Part shown: piece after piece, positions 19,501 to 28,029 of the stretch
Numbering within the stretch: the stretch's first letter is position 1
Layout: each line of letters begins with the position of its first letter
From: Candidatus Multivoradales bacterium
Lineage (GTDB): Bacteria; Acidobacteriota; Thermoanaerobaculia; Multivoradales; J023
Direction: 5' to 3'
DNA length: 64,000 bases
Assembly (NCBI GenBank): GCA_965248925.1
Contig: CBDFLE010000005.1
Span: 1,344,001 to 1,408,000, forward strand
The notes under the pieces: model-generated
What the model saw: the letters and a program-made list of their open reading frames with translations, nothing else
What the model was told of the DNA's origin: nothing
Databases searched by the model: none
Translations under genes and position numbers: made by a program

Positions 19501-21045
19501 GAAATAGCCGCGGTCGGGAATCGTGCCACCGGCCAAGTAGAGCAGTCTCTCGACGCCCCGGCGGGCGCGCACCGTGCCATCGACTCTGTCGATACGCAGC
19601 CGCGGTCGCAGCTCTCGAATGCGGCTGTCGGCATACCGTCCGGCGAGCATCTCCAGCACCAAATCGAGCTGCCGGCGACGCAGCTGGTGGTAGGGCTGGC
19701 TGGTGCGCAAGAAGGCGTAAAGCCGGTCGACCTGCCATGTTTCGGCGACGACCATCGACAGCACCACCTGGGCGAGCACGTCGAGGGGCTGGCGAATCGG
19801 CTGCATCGGCTCGATGTCCTGATCGAGAATCGCTCGCGCCACCACCGCCGCGTCGAGGAAATCTCGGCCATGGGAGGGATAGATAACCCCACGGCTGGTC
19901 TCCCCCACCCCATGGCCGGCCCGGCCGACTCGCTGTACCGCCGCCGAAATCGCCCGTGGGGTCTGGATCAGCAACACCTCGTCGAGCGCCCCGATATCGA
20001 TGCCCAACTCCAGCGAGCTGGTGGCGACAATGGCACTGAGTTCGCCATCCTTGAGCCGCCGCTCGACCACCGAGCGCACCTCGCGCGACAGCGAGCCATG
20101 GTGCGAATAGGCCAGATCTTCGTCCTGCTGGTCGTTGATCAGCCGGGTGATCTTCTCGGTCAGGCGACGGCTGTTGGCGAACAGCAACGTCGAGCGGTTG
20201 GTCAGGATTTGACGCTTGAAGTCGCGAGCCAGGCTCTCCCACACCACCTCGTCCTCCGCCTCGACGGCGGCCGGCGGCCGCGGATGGCGCACCCGGATGC
20301 GGTAATCCTTGCCGGCGGTCGAGCGCACCACCCGCACCTGCCGCGGCCGGTAGGAAGGCTCGCCGCCGGTCTCGATCAGCTGGTAGCCACCGACAAACGC
20401 CGCCACTTGATCGAGGGGGCGCACGGTGGCGGAGATCGCCAGGCGCTGGAAATCCCCCGCCAGCGGCACCAAGCGATCGACGGCGGTGATCAAGTGGGTA
20501 CCGCGCTTGCTGGCGACGACGGCGTGGATCTCGTCCAAGATCACCGTTTCGAGACCACCGAGCAGCTCGCGCCCACTCTTCGAGGTGAGCAGAATATTGA
20601 GGCTCTCGGGAGTGGTGATCAAGATTTCCGGCGGCCGGCGCAGCATCTTGCGGCGTTCGGACTGAGGCGTGTCGCCGCTGCGCACCAGCGCCCGAATCTC
20701 TGGCGGCTCACCGCCCTCAGCGCGAAAAATCTCGACCAGCTCGGCGAGGGGCGAAGACAGATTACGCCGAATATCGGTGTTGAGCGCCTTTAGCGGCGAG
20801 ATGTAGAGCACCCGCGTGCGGCCCACCTGCCAAACCCCGGTGAGCAGTCGGTCGAGGGCCCAGAGGAAAGCGGTGAGGGTCTTGCCACTGCCGGTGGGCG
20901 CGCTGACCAGCACATGTTCGCCAGCGGCGATGTGCGGCCAGGCGCGCTGCTGAATGTCGGTCGGCTGGCCAAAGCGCTCGGCAAACCAGCGCCGCAGCCG
21001 CGGATCGAAAGCCGCCAGCGCGGCCTGCGGATCGCTCGCCGGCAC
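16546..21045 (-). CDS. lhr: Lhr-family SF2 helicase (long form)
   Basis: APTGSGKT, ISPLKALNTD, TTPESL, DEIH, SAT, HHGSLS, TSSLELGIDIG, QRVGRAGH, GGTIPDRG, LDEEFV. GTG 21045 directly follows the upstream stop. Confidence 0.93.
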   Translation of the reverse strand: MPASDPQAALAAFDPRLRRWFAERFGQPTDIQQRAWPHIAAGEHVLVSAPTGSGKTLTAFLWALDRLLTGVWQVGRTRVLYISPLKALNTDIRRNLSSPLAELVEIFRAEGGEPPEIRALVRSGDTPQSERRKMLRRPPEILITTPESLNILLTSKSGRELLGGLETVILDEIHAVVASKRGTHLITAVDRLVPLAGDFQRLAISATVRPLDQVAAFVGGYQLIETGGEPSYRPRQVRVVRSTAGKDYRIRVRHPRPPAAVEAEDEVVWESLARDFKRQILTNRSTLLFANSRRLTEKITRLINDQQDEDLAYSHHGSLSREVRSVVERRLKDGELSAIVATSSLELGIDIGALDEVLLIQTPRAISAAVQRVGRAGHGVGETSRGVIYPSHGRDFLDAAVVARAILDQDIEPMQPIRQPLDVLAQVVLSMVVAETWQVDRLYAFLRTSQPYHQLRRRQLDLVLEMLAGRYADSRIRELRPRLRIDRVDGTVRARRGVERLLYLAGGTIPDRGYFTLRVERSMAKLGELDEEFVWERSVGDSFVLGTQAWRIRKITHNDVLVVPGHGGAALAPFWRADAQDRGAFLSEKVARLLQEADDHLGRPEFRQRLIDRHCLEAAAADRLVEFLQQQQAATGKLPHRRRLLVEHCWDGAQGGRRRVILHTFWGGTVNRPFATALAAAWDQAHDDHLEVYHSDDNVLLILPGQVSAEELFALVPPESIERLLRQRLEATGFFGARFRAAASTALLLPRQNFRQRLPLWVIRQRAKKLLDGVACYGDFPILVETWRSCLQDEFDLETLKLRLTEVAAGEVEIADVRTTVPSPFAADLLWQETNFLMYEDDSPRGELRTGVRPDLLRELVFSAQLRPRLPAPLVERFRRKVQRTLAGYAPRPGDDLADWIDERLLLSREEWRELLAAVESDHGEQPAGLIEELGERVLGVCLPGAKEAVVVSTDRLPYLLDALGLTVEQIELVGVDDPRQAAPKPARRRLDRLIGRRSAAEAAAELALVLSEWLRFHGPLAQGLIGQVWGFDDSVLERVLTELAEGQRLVVDLLQQGVEAVEICDADNLEILLRWLRLAARPAFEPLGLEQLPLWLARHQGLTEPGSAMEDLQHSLERLFGYPAPVESWESNFLPARLEPYYQAWLDSLLRETQLLWTGVGKGRLSFVLASDLELLHQPPAEGESAVAESAARAQLLPPGGGWLELAEIAAGAGLELAAAAAELWRLAWSGRVTSGSFAAVRQGIAQRFELPAQEPRAAARRGGRRRGLDRWRPTGPRLDSWRALEANASQPLDALEREELAKDRARWLVERYGVVFRELLARELPALRWSRVFRALRLMELSGEVLAGQFFDGIPGLQFASPGALCELRQGLPEDVIYWLAANDPASLCGVDLEALKGNLPARLPSTHLVFHGSRLVLVSKRHAAELQFNIEPEHPRLAEYGAVLKVLLTRESSPRSRLAVDVINDQPAHHSPYCAPLGKLFRLTREGIGIKLWKRY

Positions 21046-21046
21046 T

Positions 21047-21838
21047 TCAGTGAACCCAGGGATCGCCGCCGGCCCGGCCGTTCCCCGGTCGACCGCCCTG
21101 ACCCTTACCGCCCCCGTCGACCACCCGGAAATTGCGCTTCTTGCGCGAGCTCGCCAACCGCGCTTCAAGGATCAACTTCTCGATCCGCAAGCGCAGCTCG
21201 CGCAGAATCTTGCGCGGTCCGCGACCGCTGAGCATCGAGTAGGTCACCCCCACCGCGGTGCAGATACCGAGAAAGCCCGGCAGATCCTTCGAGCTCAGAT
21301 AGCCCATGAAGCCGAACAAGATCTCCAACCACAGGAACCAGCGTGCCTGCACCGGCAGGACAAAGAAGAGCAAAATGCTGGCATTGGCGAAGAGCACCGA
21401 GAAGGCGGCGATGACGACGGTGATCAAGATCCGCTGACCTTGCATCAGCGAGAACACCGGCACTGACGGATCACTGCCGAAGAGCAGCGTGCCGAGCAAC
21501 GCCGTGCCCACCGCCACTAGCGAAGCGCAGCCCACCCCCCAGCCGAGCAAGGTCCAGAACTGGCGCCGGCCTAAGTAGCGATAGACATCGCGCGAGAACC
21601 AGAACAAGATCAGCAGCTCGAGCAAAAACCAGATACTCGGCGGGCCATAGCCGATGAAGGGATAGGTCGCCAGCTGCCAGAGAAAGAAGCTCTCCCAGAC
21701 CAGCGGCGTCAGCCGTAGCAGCGCCGGCAGCAGGCGAATACCCTCGAAGAACTGCAACGAGAAAGTGACGAAGAGCACCGCCAGCAGGATCATCAGATCC
21801 CGCGGCGGCGGCTGGTGTCCGCCCATGCCAAAGCTCAT
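21047..21838 (-). CDS. Rhomboid-like/DUF1751-like membrane protein (probably non-catalytic)
   Basis: LWQLATYPF (WR/WQ loop), multiple TMs, C-terminal FRVVDGG...WVH. No GxSG motif seen. Confidence 0.6.
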   Translation of the reverse strand: MSFGMGGHQPPPRDLMILLAVLFVTFSLQFFEGIRLLPALLRLTPLVWESFFLWQLATYPFIGYGPPSIWFLLELLILFWFSRDVYRYLGRRQFWTLLGWGVGCASLVAVGTALLGTLLFGSDPSVPVFSLMQGQRILITVVIAAFSVLFANASILLFFVLPVQARWFLWLEILFGFMGYLSSKDLPGFLGICTAVGVTYSMLSGRGPRKILRELRLRIEKLILEARLASSRKKRNFRVVDGGGKGQGGRPGNGRAGGDPWVH

Positions 21839-21964
21839 CGGGCGGCGGGTGAAGGGTCGCTGGCTATTCAAGATCGGGGCTCCGGGCAATTGGCGGTCAG
21901 GTGGCGAGCGCCTATTCTACGCTCTCGCTCCGCACCCTGACTGTTCTGGAGTACGATTTGCCGC

Positions 21965-22168
21965 ATGAGCGAGCCCACTTTTCCCGACATCGTGGTCGAT
22001 CTGGTCGGCCAGCAGGAGGCGCCGGTGGCCTGCATTGCGGTGGTCCGGCGGGCACTGCAGAAGGCTGGCCACGCCGAGGCCGCTCGGCAGTTCACCGACC
22101 GGGCTTTCGCCAGCTCCACCGAGCACATCCTCACCCTGGCACGGCGCTATGTTCAGCTGCTCGTCTGA
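21965..22168 (+). CDS. Small hypothetical protein (67 aa)
   Basis: Clean ORF with host-like codon usage filling the gap: MSEPTFPDIVVDLVGQ...VRRALQKAG. Confidence 0.6.
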   Translation: MSEPTFPDIVVDLVGQQEAPVACIAVVRRALQKAGHAEAARQFTDRAFASSTEHILTLARRYVQLLV

Positions 22169-22175
22169 GCGGCGC

Positions 22176-22739
22176 TCAGCAGACCACGCCGAAGCTCGGC
22201 GCGCCGCGCAGCTGCTCCCAGCTCACCCCGGACAGCCGGCAGTCGAGGAAGACGGCGCCTAGCACGACAGCGCGGTCGAGCACCGCGCCGCGCAGATCGC
22301 AGCCCTTGAAGCTGGCATGGCGCAGATCGGCATGGCGGAACGAGGCCCGCCGCAAGTCGACCTCGACAAACGTGGACCGCTTCGCCGTGACCTGGTCAAA
22401 ACACCCTTCGCTCAAGTTCGAGCGCGAGACTTCAGCACAGTCGAGCTGCGCGCCGCGCCAGTCGGCTGCGACTACCAGGGATTGCTGGATGCTGATGCCA
22501 AAGAGATCCGCCTTGCCGAATCGACAGCGGCTGAGCTCGGCATGGTAGATGACCGCCTCGGTCAGCTGTTGCTCGGCGAAGTCATAGCCTTGGACGATGA
22601 GTAAGGAAAGGTCGATCGACTGCCGACCACGCCGCAAGATTTCGGCGACGCGCAGAGCATCGCACGCAGTAATTTCGGGTGCAGGCACAGGTCCCCCCTG
22701 ACGGCTGCAAATGTCTGAAAATACGGGAGGATCTATCAA
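22176..22739 (-). CDS. Pentapeptide-repeat protein
   Basis: A(D/S)(L/F)xx repeats: ADLFG, ADWRG, VDLRR, ASFRH, ADLRH, CDLRG, AVLDR. Start uncertain. Confidence 0.85.
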   Translation of the reverse strand: MIDPPVFSDICSRQGGPVPAPEITACDALRVAEILRRGRQSIDLSLLIVQGYDFAEQQLTEAVIYHAELSRCRFGKADLFGISIQQSLVVAADWRGAQLDCAEVSRSNLSEGCFDQVTAKRSTFVEVDLRRASFRHADLRHASFKGCDLRGAVLDRAVVLGAVFLDCRLSGVSWEQLRGAPSFGVVC

Positions 22740-22902
22740 CCCAAACCACGCTGCTGCACGCGGTCGCTCAAGCAGTCCCCCCGGACGGCAGGGTCAGTAT
22801 AGTCAGCGCTGGTGGAGTCTCAAACAGGTACTGTTCAGATGGCATTTAGGGCGCGACTGGATACTTCCCCTCCCAGGCACGACCTTGCACTGAGCAGGAT
22901 CG

Positions 22903-23274
22903 TTATTCGGCAGCGACCAATCCACCCTTCCGGGGTAAACGACTCTCAAAGTCGCAGGCGGCCACTGCCGACGCCCCCATCTGCCAGAGACTCTCCAAGA
23001 CTTCGCCTACAGCCTCGATGTAGGGATCTTCACTGGCCCCTTCTCGAGGCTCAGTCTCAAGAAAGAAAGGCGAGTAGACAAAGCCATCGTAATTCGGCTC
23101 GAACCTCGCCGGATCATGGTCCTTATTCGGCCGGACATCGAGTTCAAGATGCTCGCCGTAGAGAGTTGAGACCTTCTGTTCTCCGCGAACCACGGCTGCC
23201 AGGCGAGTGAACAGCTCGTCGCGGGAGAGATCGCTTCCAACAAAGATCTTGCAGTACAAATCCATGGTTGTCAT
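22903..23274 (-). CDS. Putative cognate immunity protein
   Basis: 123 aa, acidic, starts 8 nt after the toxin stop; shares the lower GC of the toxin tip; C-terminal LWQMGASAVAACDFESRLP. Confidence 0.7.
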   Translation of the reverse strand: MTTMDLYCKIFVGSDLSRDELFTRLAAVVRGEQKVSTLYGEHLELDVRPNKDHDPARFEPNYDGFVYSPFFLETEPREGASEDPYIEAVGEVLESLWQMGASAVAACDFESRLPRKGGLVAAE

Positions 23275-23282
23275 TTCCTAGT

Positions 23283-26200
23283 TCACCCGACCGGAATAGT
23301 CGGCGGATTGTCGAAAGGTCCACCCTTGAGGATAACAGAGACATCGACCTCAATACCAAGGAACGCTTCCAGTTCCTTGCGTAGACTGCGCAAACCAGCT
23401 TCACCAGATTGGATTTTACCGGTAGCAATAGCGTGCAACATTGTACGCTCTTTGGCCGATCCAGGATTGACACTCTTGAATCGTTCTCGTAAGAACCGGT
23501 CGAACTCCGACTTCGGCAGAAGAATGGCCACGTCTACATCAGACTTGGCAGCAGCCGTTCCAGCCGCCCTACTGCCTTGGACAACGATGTCATCCCCCAA
23601 ACCTAACTGCCGAGCCCGGTCGCTGATCTTACTGGACAAGAACTCGAATTGCTCGCTGGTAAAGCCTTGTGGAATCTTGCCCGCAAGCGCCTTGAGTTCA
23701 TCGACCCATTTGACCACCGCAGCCTCGATCTTGGCGACCATCGGCCCCAGCTTAGGATGGTTCTTGAAGCGCCTGAAGAACGCCCGAATGTCGATTTTTC
23801 CAAGTAGGTCGAGAAGCCTCTTGGCCGCTGGACGAGCCAACTTCTTGCCGCCCCGGAGCAGGTATTTACCGCCTTTCCCGATCAAGTCACCCACTCCGGG
23901 GATCATCGAAACCATGGCGAACCCCGCATCGAGGTACTTGCCATCCTTGGCGTACCAGGCGGCATTGGCCAGATCCGCGGCCTCGCCGACCCCCGGCACG
24001 ATGCCCGCAACATCCAAAGCTGTATGGCCGATATCACTCCAACTCCAACCGCTGGCCTGGTCCGCCGCCGCCTGCTGTTCGAGATAGCCCTGCTCGACAG
24101 CGATCTCCCGCACCTGCGCCGGCCGCAAACCATCGGGAAATTGATCGCCCCGCTGCACCATGACCTGCGCCGCGACCTGCTCTAACCGCGCCTGATGGGC
24201 TTGGTTGGCACGCTCGAACTGCTCGGCGCCAACCGGGATCTTGATCTGCTGACCAATCTGCAAACGGCGCGGTTCGAGGGCGTTGCCGTTGGCGGCCTGG
24301 ATCTTGGAAACGGTGGTGCCATAGCGCCGCGCCAAGTCCCACAGCGTGTCACCAGCTTGGACGGCGTAGGGTTGACCGCTGCCCAGCAGCTGGCCGGCGT
24401 GGTCGTCGAGCACCGCCCGAGCGGTGATCTCGCCGGCTGCCGCAACCTCGGCGTTGGCGGCCTTGCGCGCCGTCTGATCGGCCACCTTGGCGAGCTGCTG
24501 ACCGGCACGGGCGATGCTCGCCGCATCTCCCGACACCAACGCCTGCTGCAGTTGGTCGACCTCGGCGCCGAGTTTGGCGGCCTCGCCGCTGGGCCGGCTG
24601 TCGCGCACCCAAGCGTGCAGGTCCTTGGCCGCGTCGACCGCCGCCGGCCAATTCTGGCTCTCAATCGCCTGCTGTAGATCACCAGCTTTCTCCAGCCCAC
24701 TCGCGGCATTCTCCAGCCGGCCGCCCAAGCGGTCACCGGACGCCCGCTTCGCTGCTTCACCGAACAGCAGACTGGCCGCCTTGCCGTAATCACCGCTGCT
24801 GATCGCTCTTTGGGCCGCACCGGCGGTCTCCAGCAGACCCGAGGCCGAGTCCAATCGGCGACCGATACGGCTACCGGAAGAGTGGTTGGCGGCAATGCGC
24901 GACAGGCTCTCCAAGGCTGAGGCGTAGTCCCCTGCTTCGACCGCCTGGTAGGCGGTGTTGGCTTCCGACAAGGAGGAAGAGAACTTCAGCAAGCGCTGCT
25001 GCACACGCTCGTTACCAACCATCTTGCTTGCCGCGCCTGCCAAGGCCGCGGCGGCACCGCCATAGTCACCCGCCTCGATCAACTGGTGCGCCCGCCCGGC
25101 ACCGCGCAGGGCATCGGCAAATTGGCTCAAACGACTGCGGCTCGAAGCATCGCCCACCTGCACCTCGGCGGCGGCGGCAAAGGCCTTGGCCGCACCGGCG
25201 AAGTCGCCACTCTCGATCAGGCCCTCGGCACTGGCGGCCTGCTGCATCGCTGCCGCCTGCTCGGCGAGCTTCTTCTTGGTAGCCCGGTCGCCAACGTAGA
25301 CATCAGCCGCTTCGAGCAGCGACGCCGCCGCCTCGCCATAGTCTCCCCGGCGGAAAGCGGAGTAAGCATCGCCAGCCTTGTCGAGGGCCGAACTCGCCTT
25401 CTGCAAGCGCGCTTTGACCTGGGGGTCGCCGACATAGGCCGCCGCCACCCCCGACATCAGGTGCGCCGCTTCCAGGTAATTACCGCTGTCAATCAACTGC
25501 GGCAGACCGCGGGCCGCCTCGAAGGCTTTGGCTCCTTCGAGCAGCTTCTGCTGCATCGGTCCATCGAGATGACCGGCGGCGATCTCTTGCAGGCTGGCGG
25601 CGGCACCGATGTAGTCGCCGTTTTCGATCCGGGCATAGGCGCCGCCCAGATTGGCAAGATCCTGACCCACCGAGAGCATCCGCTCACCGGCTTTGCCGGC
25701 AAATTGGGAGCCAGCGGCGGTGAGAATGCCCGCCGCTTCCAAATAGCGGCCCTGGTCGATCAGCTGCTGTGCCTGGCCAACTCCGGCCAGCGAGTTGGCG
25801 ATCTTCGACAGGGTCGTCACGTCCTCCGGGTCGCGCGCCGAGGCCGGCCCATTCTTGAGATGATCGATCGCACCGGCCAAGGTGGCCGCGGCGCCGGCAT
25901 AGTCACCGTTTTCGAGTGCATTTTGTACGGCGCCGCCGTACTGCGCCCCAAGGTCGACCTTGTTGAGGATATTGAGGGCCCTGGCACCGCCACTGAGCGG
26001 CACGCTGGGATTGGCCGAGACGTACTGGCCGTGCTTGTTCTGCACCAGAGTGCCATCGTTGAGACCCCGGCTGACGGCAAAACTGCGCCCTAGATTGGCG
26101 CCGATGGCGGCGGCTCCGAGATAGTCACCACGCTTGGCGGCAGCGGCGGTGTTGGCGCCCATCTGCACCCGATCTGCCCACTTGACCACTTTGCCCGCGA

Positions 26201-27680
26201 CGCCTGCCAGGCTGTTCGCCGAGGTCTTGACAAAGCCAGACACCGCACTCGCCGCTCCGGCGATCGCACCGAGCCAATTGCCTTGCTTGGCGGCCTTGTA
26301 GGCATTGAGCGCGGCCTGCGCATTGCCGGCATAGGAGGCGACCTTTGACGCTACATTGACCACCTTGCCAGCGACAGCAGAGGTAAAACCACCCGCTACC
26401 CCGGCAACCGCACCGGCCACGCCCACCACTGCTTGTAGCCAATTTCCGTTCTTGACCCCGTTGTAGGCATTGAGCGCGGCATTGGCGGCGATTGCGAAAG
26501 GTGCCGTCACCGGAATGAAGCTGAGAATCGTGAGAACGATCGGCAGAGCCTTCTTGACCGCATCGCCAACCTTCGACCAGAAACTCTTCTTCTTCACCTG
26601 CTCAGAGGTGGTGACCCCGTTATCGTCGTTCTCGATCTTGTAGGTCTGGCTGGAGCGCAGCTTGACCGAATGTTTGCCAGGAATCGACTGGATTTGATTG
26701 ATCTCGTCGTACTTCTGGCGCAACTCCGCGGTGCTGTACTTCAGCGCGTGGCCGGGGATGTTCTGGTTGAACGCCCACAGCTCCTCGCGCATCTGCTTGT
26801 CGCTGACCGGTGGCCCGCCGACCCGAGCATGCACCCAAGTAGCCTGCATCACCGCGCTGAGGCGGACGACCTGGTCAGCGGCGTCGGTGGCTCCCTTGAC
26901 GTAGTTCAGCGCCCCCATCAACTGGCTGCCATCGATCATTTCGGGCGGCACGCGCTCGAAAATCGCCGTCAGGATGGCTTCGTCGTTGAGCTGCCGCTTG
27001 GCCCCGCTCGGTACCTGGCCCTCGAAACCGAGCAGAGCGTGGGCGGCGCGGCCGATGTCGTGCTTGATTTCGGGCGTCAGGGCGCCGGTCTTCTCACCGT
27101 ATTGCAGGCTGGTGTGGATCGACTCGCCACGCCAGTTGATGACGACCTTGCCCGGAGGGTGGCCGGGCAGGATCTCATCCAGGTTGTTGGTGTTTTGGAA
27201 TTGTTGCCAATGCTCGCCGAGGTACTCCTGCAACTGTGCCTTGTCTTGCGGGTTGGGGATCTGTACCGGAACGTTGTAGTCCACCCGCGGCGCGGTGTCG
27301 GGATCCGCTGGTGCGGCTGGTGGCGGAGCCGGGGTATTGCCCTGGCCGCCGATCAACGCTTGCAGCTGAGCCGGATTGATCCCGGCGCGGCGCAGCTCGG
27401 CGAGGTCCAATTCACCAGATTCGAGCATCTGACGGAGCCGCGGATGGGCTCTGAGGTCGCCGCCGGCCGGGCCACCCCCCGCTTCTGCCGGGCGTCCCTC
27501 GGCAAAGCGATCGAAGACGTTGGATTGGCGCTGGCGCTCGACCTCTACATCGGGTGAGAGAGACGCCTTGGTGGGTGCCGCGTCGGGCGCGGGCTCTGAG
27601 CTGGACGGCAGTCCCTGGCTTTCCTGGAACTCACGCACCGCGTCGAGCATCTTCTGCCGGTCGAAGTCGAAGTTGATCAT
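23283..27680 (-). CDS. Large polymorphic toxin: hydrophobic hairpin, ~41-aa helical repeats, LysM, PT-TG, C-terminal nucleotidyltransferase
   Basis: LysM YAVQAGDTLWDLARRYGTTVSKIQAAN...LQIGQQIKIP; PT-TG DIGHTALDVAGIVPGVGEAADLANAAWY; NTase QGSRAAGTAAAKSDVDVAI...EVDVSV; SD AAGGA. Confidence 0.8.
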   Translation of the reverse strand: MINFDFDRQKMLDAVREFQESQGLPSSSEPAPDAAPTKASLSPDVEVERQRQSNVFDRFAEGRPAEAGGGPAGGDLRAHPRLRQMLESGELDLAELRRAGINPAQLQALIGGQGNTPAPPPAAPADPDTAPRVDYNVPVQIPNPQDKAQLQEYLGEHWQQFQNTNNLDEILPGHPPGKVVINWRGESIHTSLQYGEKTGALTPEIKHDIGRAAHALLGFEGQVPSGAKRQLNDEAILTAIFERVPPEMIDGSQLMGALNYVKGATDAADQVVRLSAVMQATWVHARVGGPPVSDKQMREELWAFNQNIPGHALKYSTAELRQKYDEINQIQSIPGKHSVKLRSSQTYKIENDDNGVTTSEQVKKKSFWSKVGDAVKKALPIVLTILSFIPVTAPFAIAANAALNAYNGVKNGNWLQAVVGVAGAVAGVAGGFTSAVAGKVVNVASKVASYAGNAQAALNAYKAAKQGNWLGAIAGAASAVSGFVKTSANSLAGVAGKVVKWADRVQMGANTAAAAKRGDYLGAAAIGANLGRSFAVSRGLNDGTLVQNKHGQYVSANPSVPLSGGARALNILNKVDLGAQYGGAVQNALENGDYAGAAATLAGAIDHLKNGPASARDPEDVTTLSKIANSLAGVGQAQQLIDQGRYLEAAGILTAAGSQFAGKAGERMLSVGQDLANLGGAYARIENGDYIGAAASLQEIAAGHLDGPMQQKLLEGAKAFEAARGLPQLIDSGNYLEAAHLMSGVAAAYVGDPQVKARLQKASSALDKAGDAYSAFRRGDYGEAAASLLEAADVYVGDRATKKKLAEQAAAMQQAASAEGLIESGDFAGAAKAFAAAAEVQVGDASSRSRLSQFADALRGAGRAHQLIEAGDYGGAAAALAGAASKMVGNERVQQRLLKFSSSLSEANTAYQAVEAGDYASALESLSRIAANHSSGSRIGRRLDSASGLLETAGAAQRAISSGDYGKAASLLFGEAAKRASGDRLGGRLENAASGLEKAGDLQQAIESQNWPAAVDAAKDLHAWVRDSRPSGEAAKLGAEVDQLQQALVSGDAASIARAGQQLAKVADQTARKAANAEVAAAGEITARAVLDDHAGQLLGSGQPYAVQAGDTLWDLARRYGTTVSKIQAANGNALEPRRLQIGQQIKIPVGAEQFERANQAHQARLEQVAAQVMVQRGDQFPDGLRPAQVREIAVEQGYLEQQAAADQASGWSWSDIGHTALDVAGIVPGVGEAADLANAAWYAKDGKYLDAGFAMVSMIPGVGDLIGKGGKYLLRGGKKLARPAAKRLLDLLGKIDIRAFFRRFKNHPKLGPMVAKIEAAVVKWVDELKALAGKIPQGFTSEQFEFLSSKISDRARQLGLGDDIVVQGSRAAGTAAAKSDVDVAILLPKSEFDRFLRERFKSVNPGSAKERTMLHAIATGKIQSGEAGLRSLRKELEAFLGIEVDVSVILKGGPFDNPPTIPVG

Positions 27681-27933
27681 TGATGTAATTCCTTAGCAGA
27701 TGATGTAGGTGCTGATCAGGCAGCTGGCTTGGGAGGTGGCTTCGCCGCACCTCCGACGGCGCCTATTAACCACTTGCGCCGACGCAGCGAGTCGCCGCAA
27801 GCAAGACGGTGGTCACCAATAGGCAAAAATAGAGACATGCAAACACTTCGCTGGGCAGGGGCCATCGGCGCTGCCGTGGGTAGGTAGCTGGGGGTGTGAG
27901 CGCCGTGCATCATGTTTAATCCTACCTACGAAT

Positions 27934-27954
27934 ACGAGCGCCTAGGGCGCTCGT
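27934..27954 (-). terminator. Hairpin downstream of the FKBP gene (possible terminator)
   Basis: ACGAGCGCC-TAG-GGCGCTCGT, 9-bp perfect stem; weak U-tract. Confidence 0.35.
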
Positions 27955-28029
27955 TCAGGATTCTTTGCTCTTGCGGGACACTCGGCGAAATCGATGGGAC
28001 AGGCTGGCGATTTCCGGGGTTGGCAAATA

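Noticed and set aside
19348-20793. Long antisense ORFs (e.g. 481 aa here, 343 aa at 33925, 335 aa at 25086)
   Set aside because: Typical stop-poor antisense shadows of GC-rich genes, with no independent motifs.
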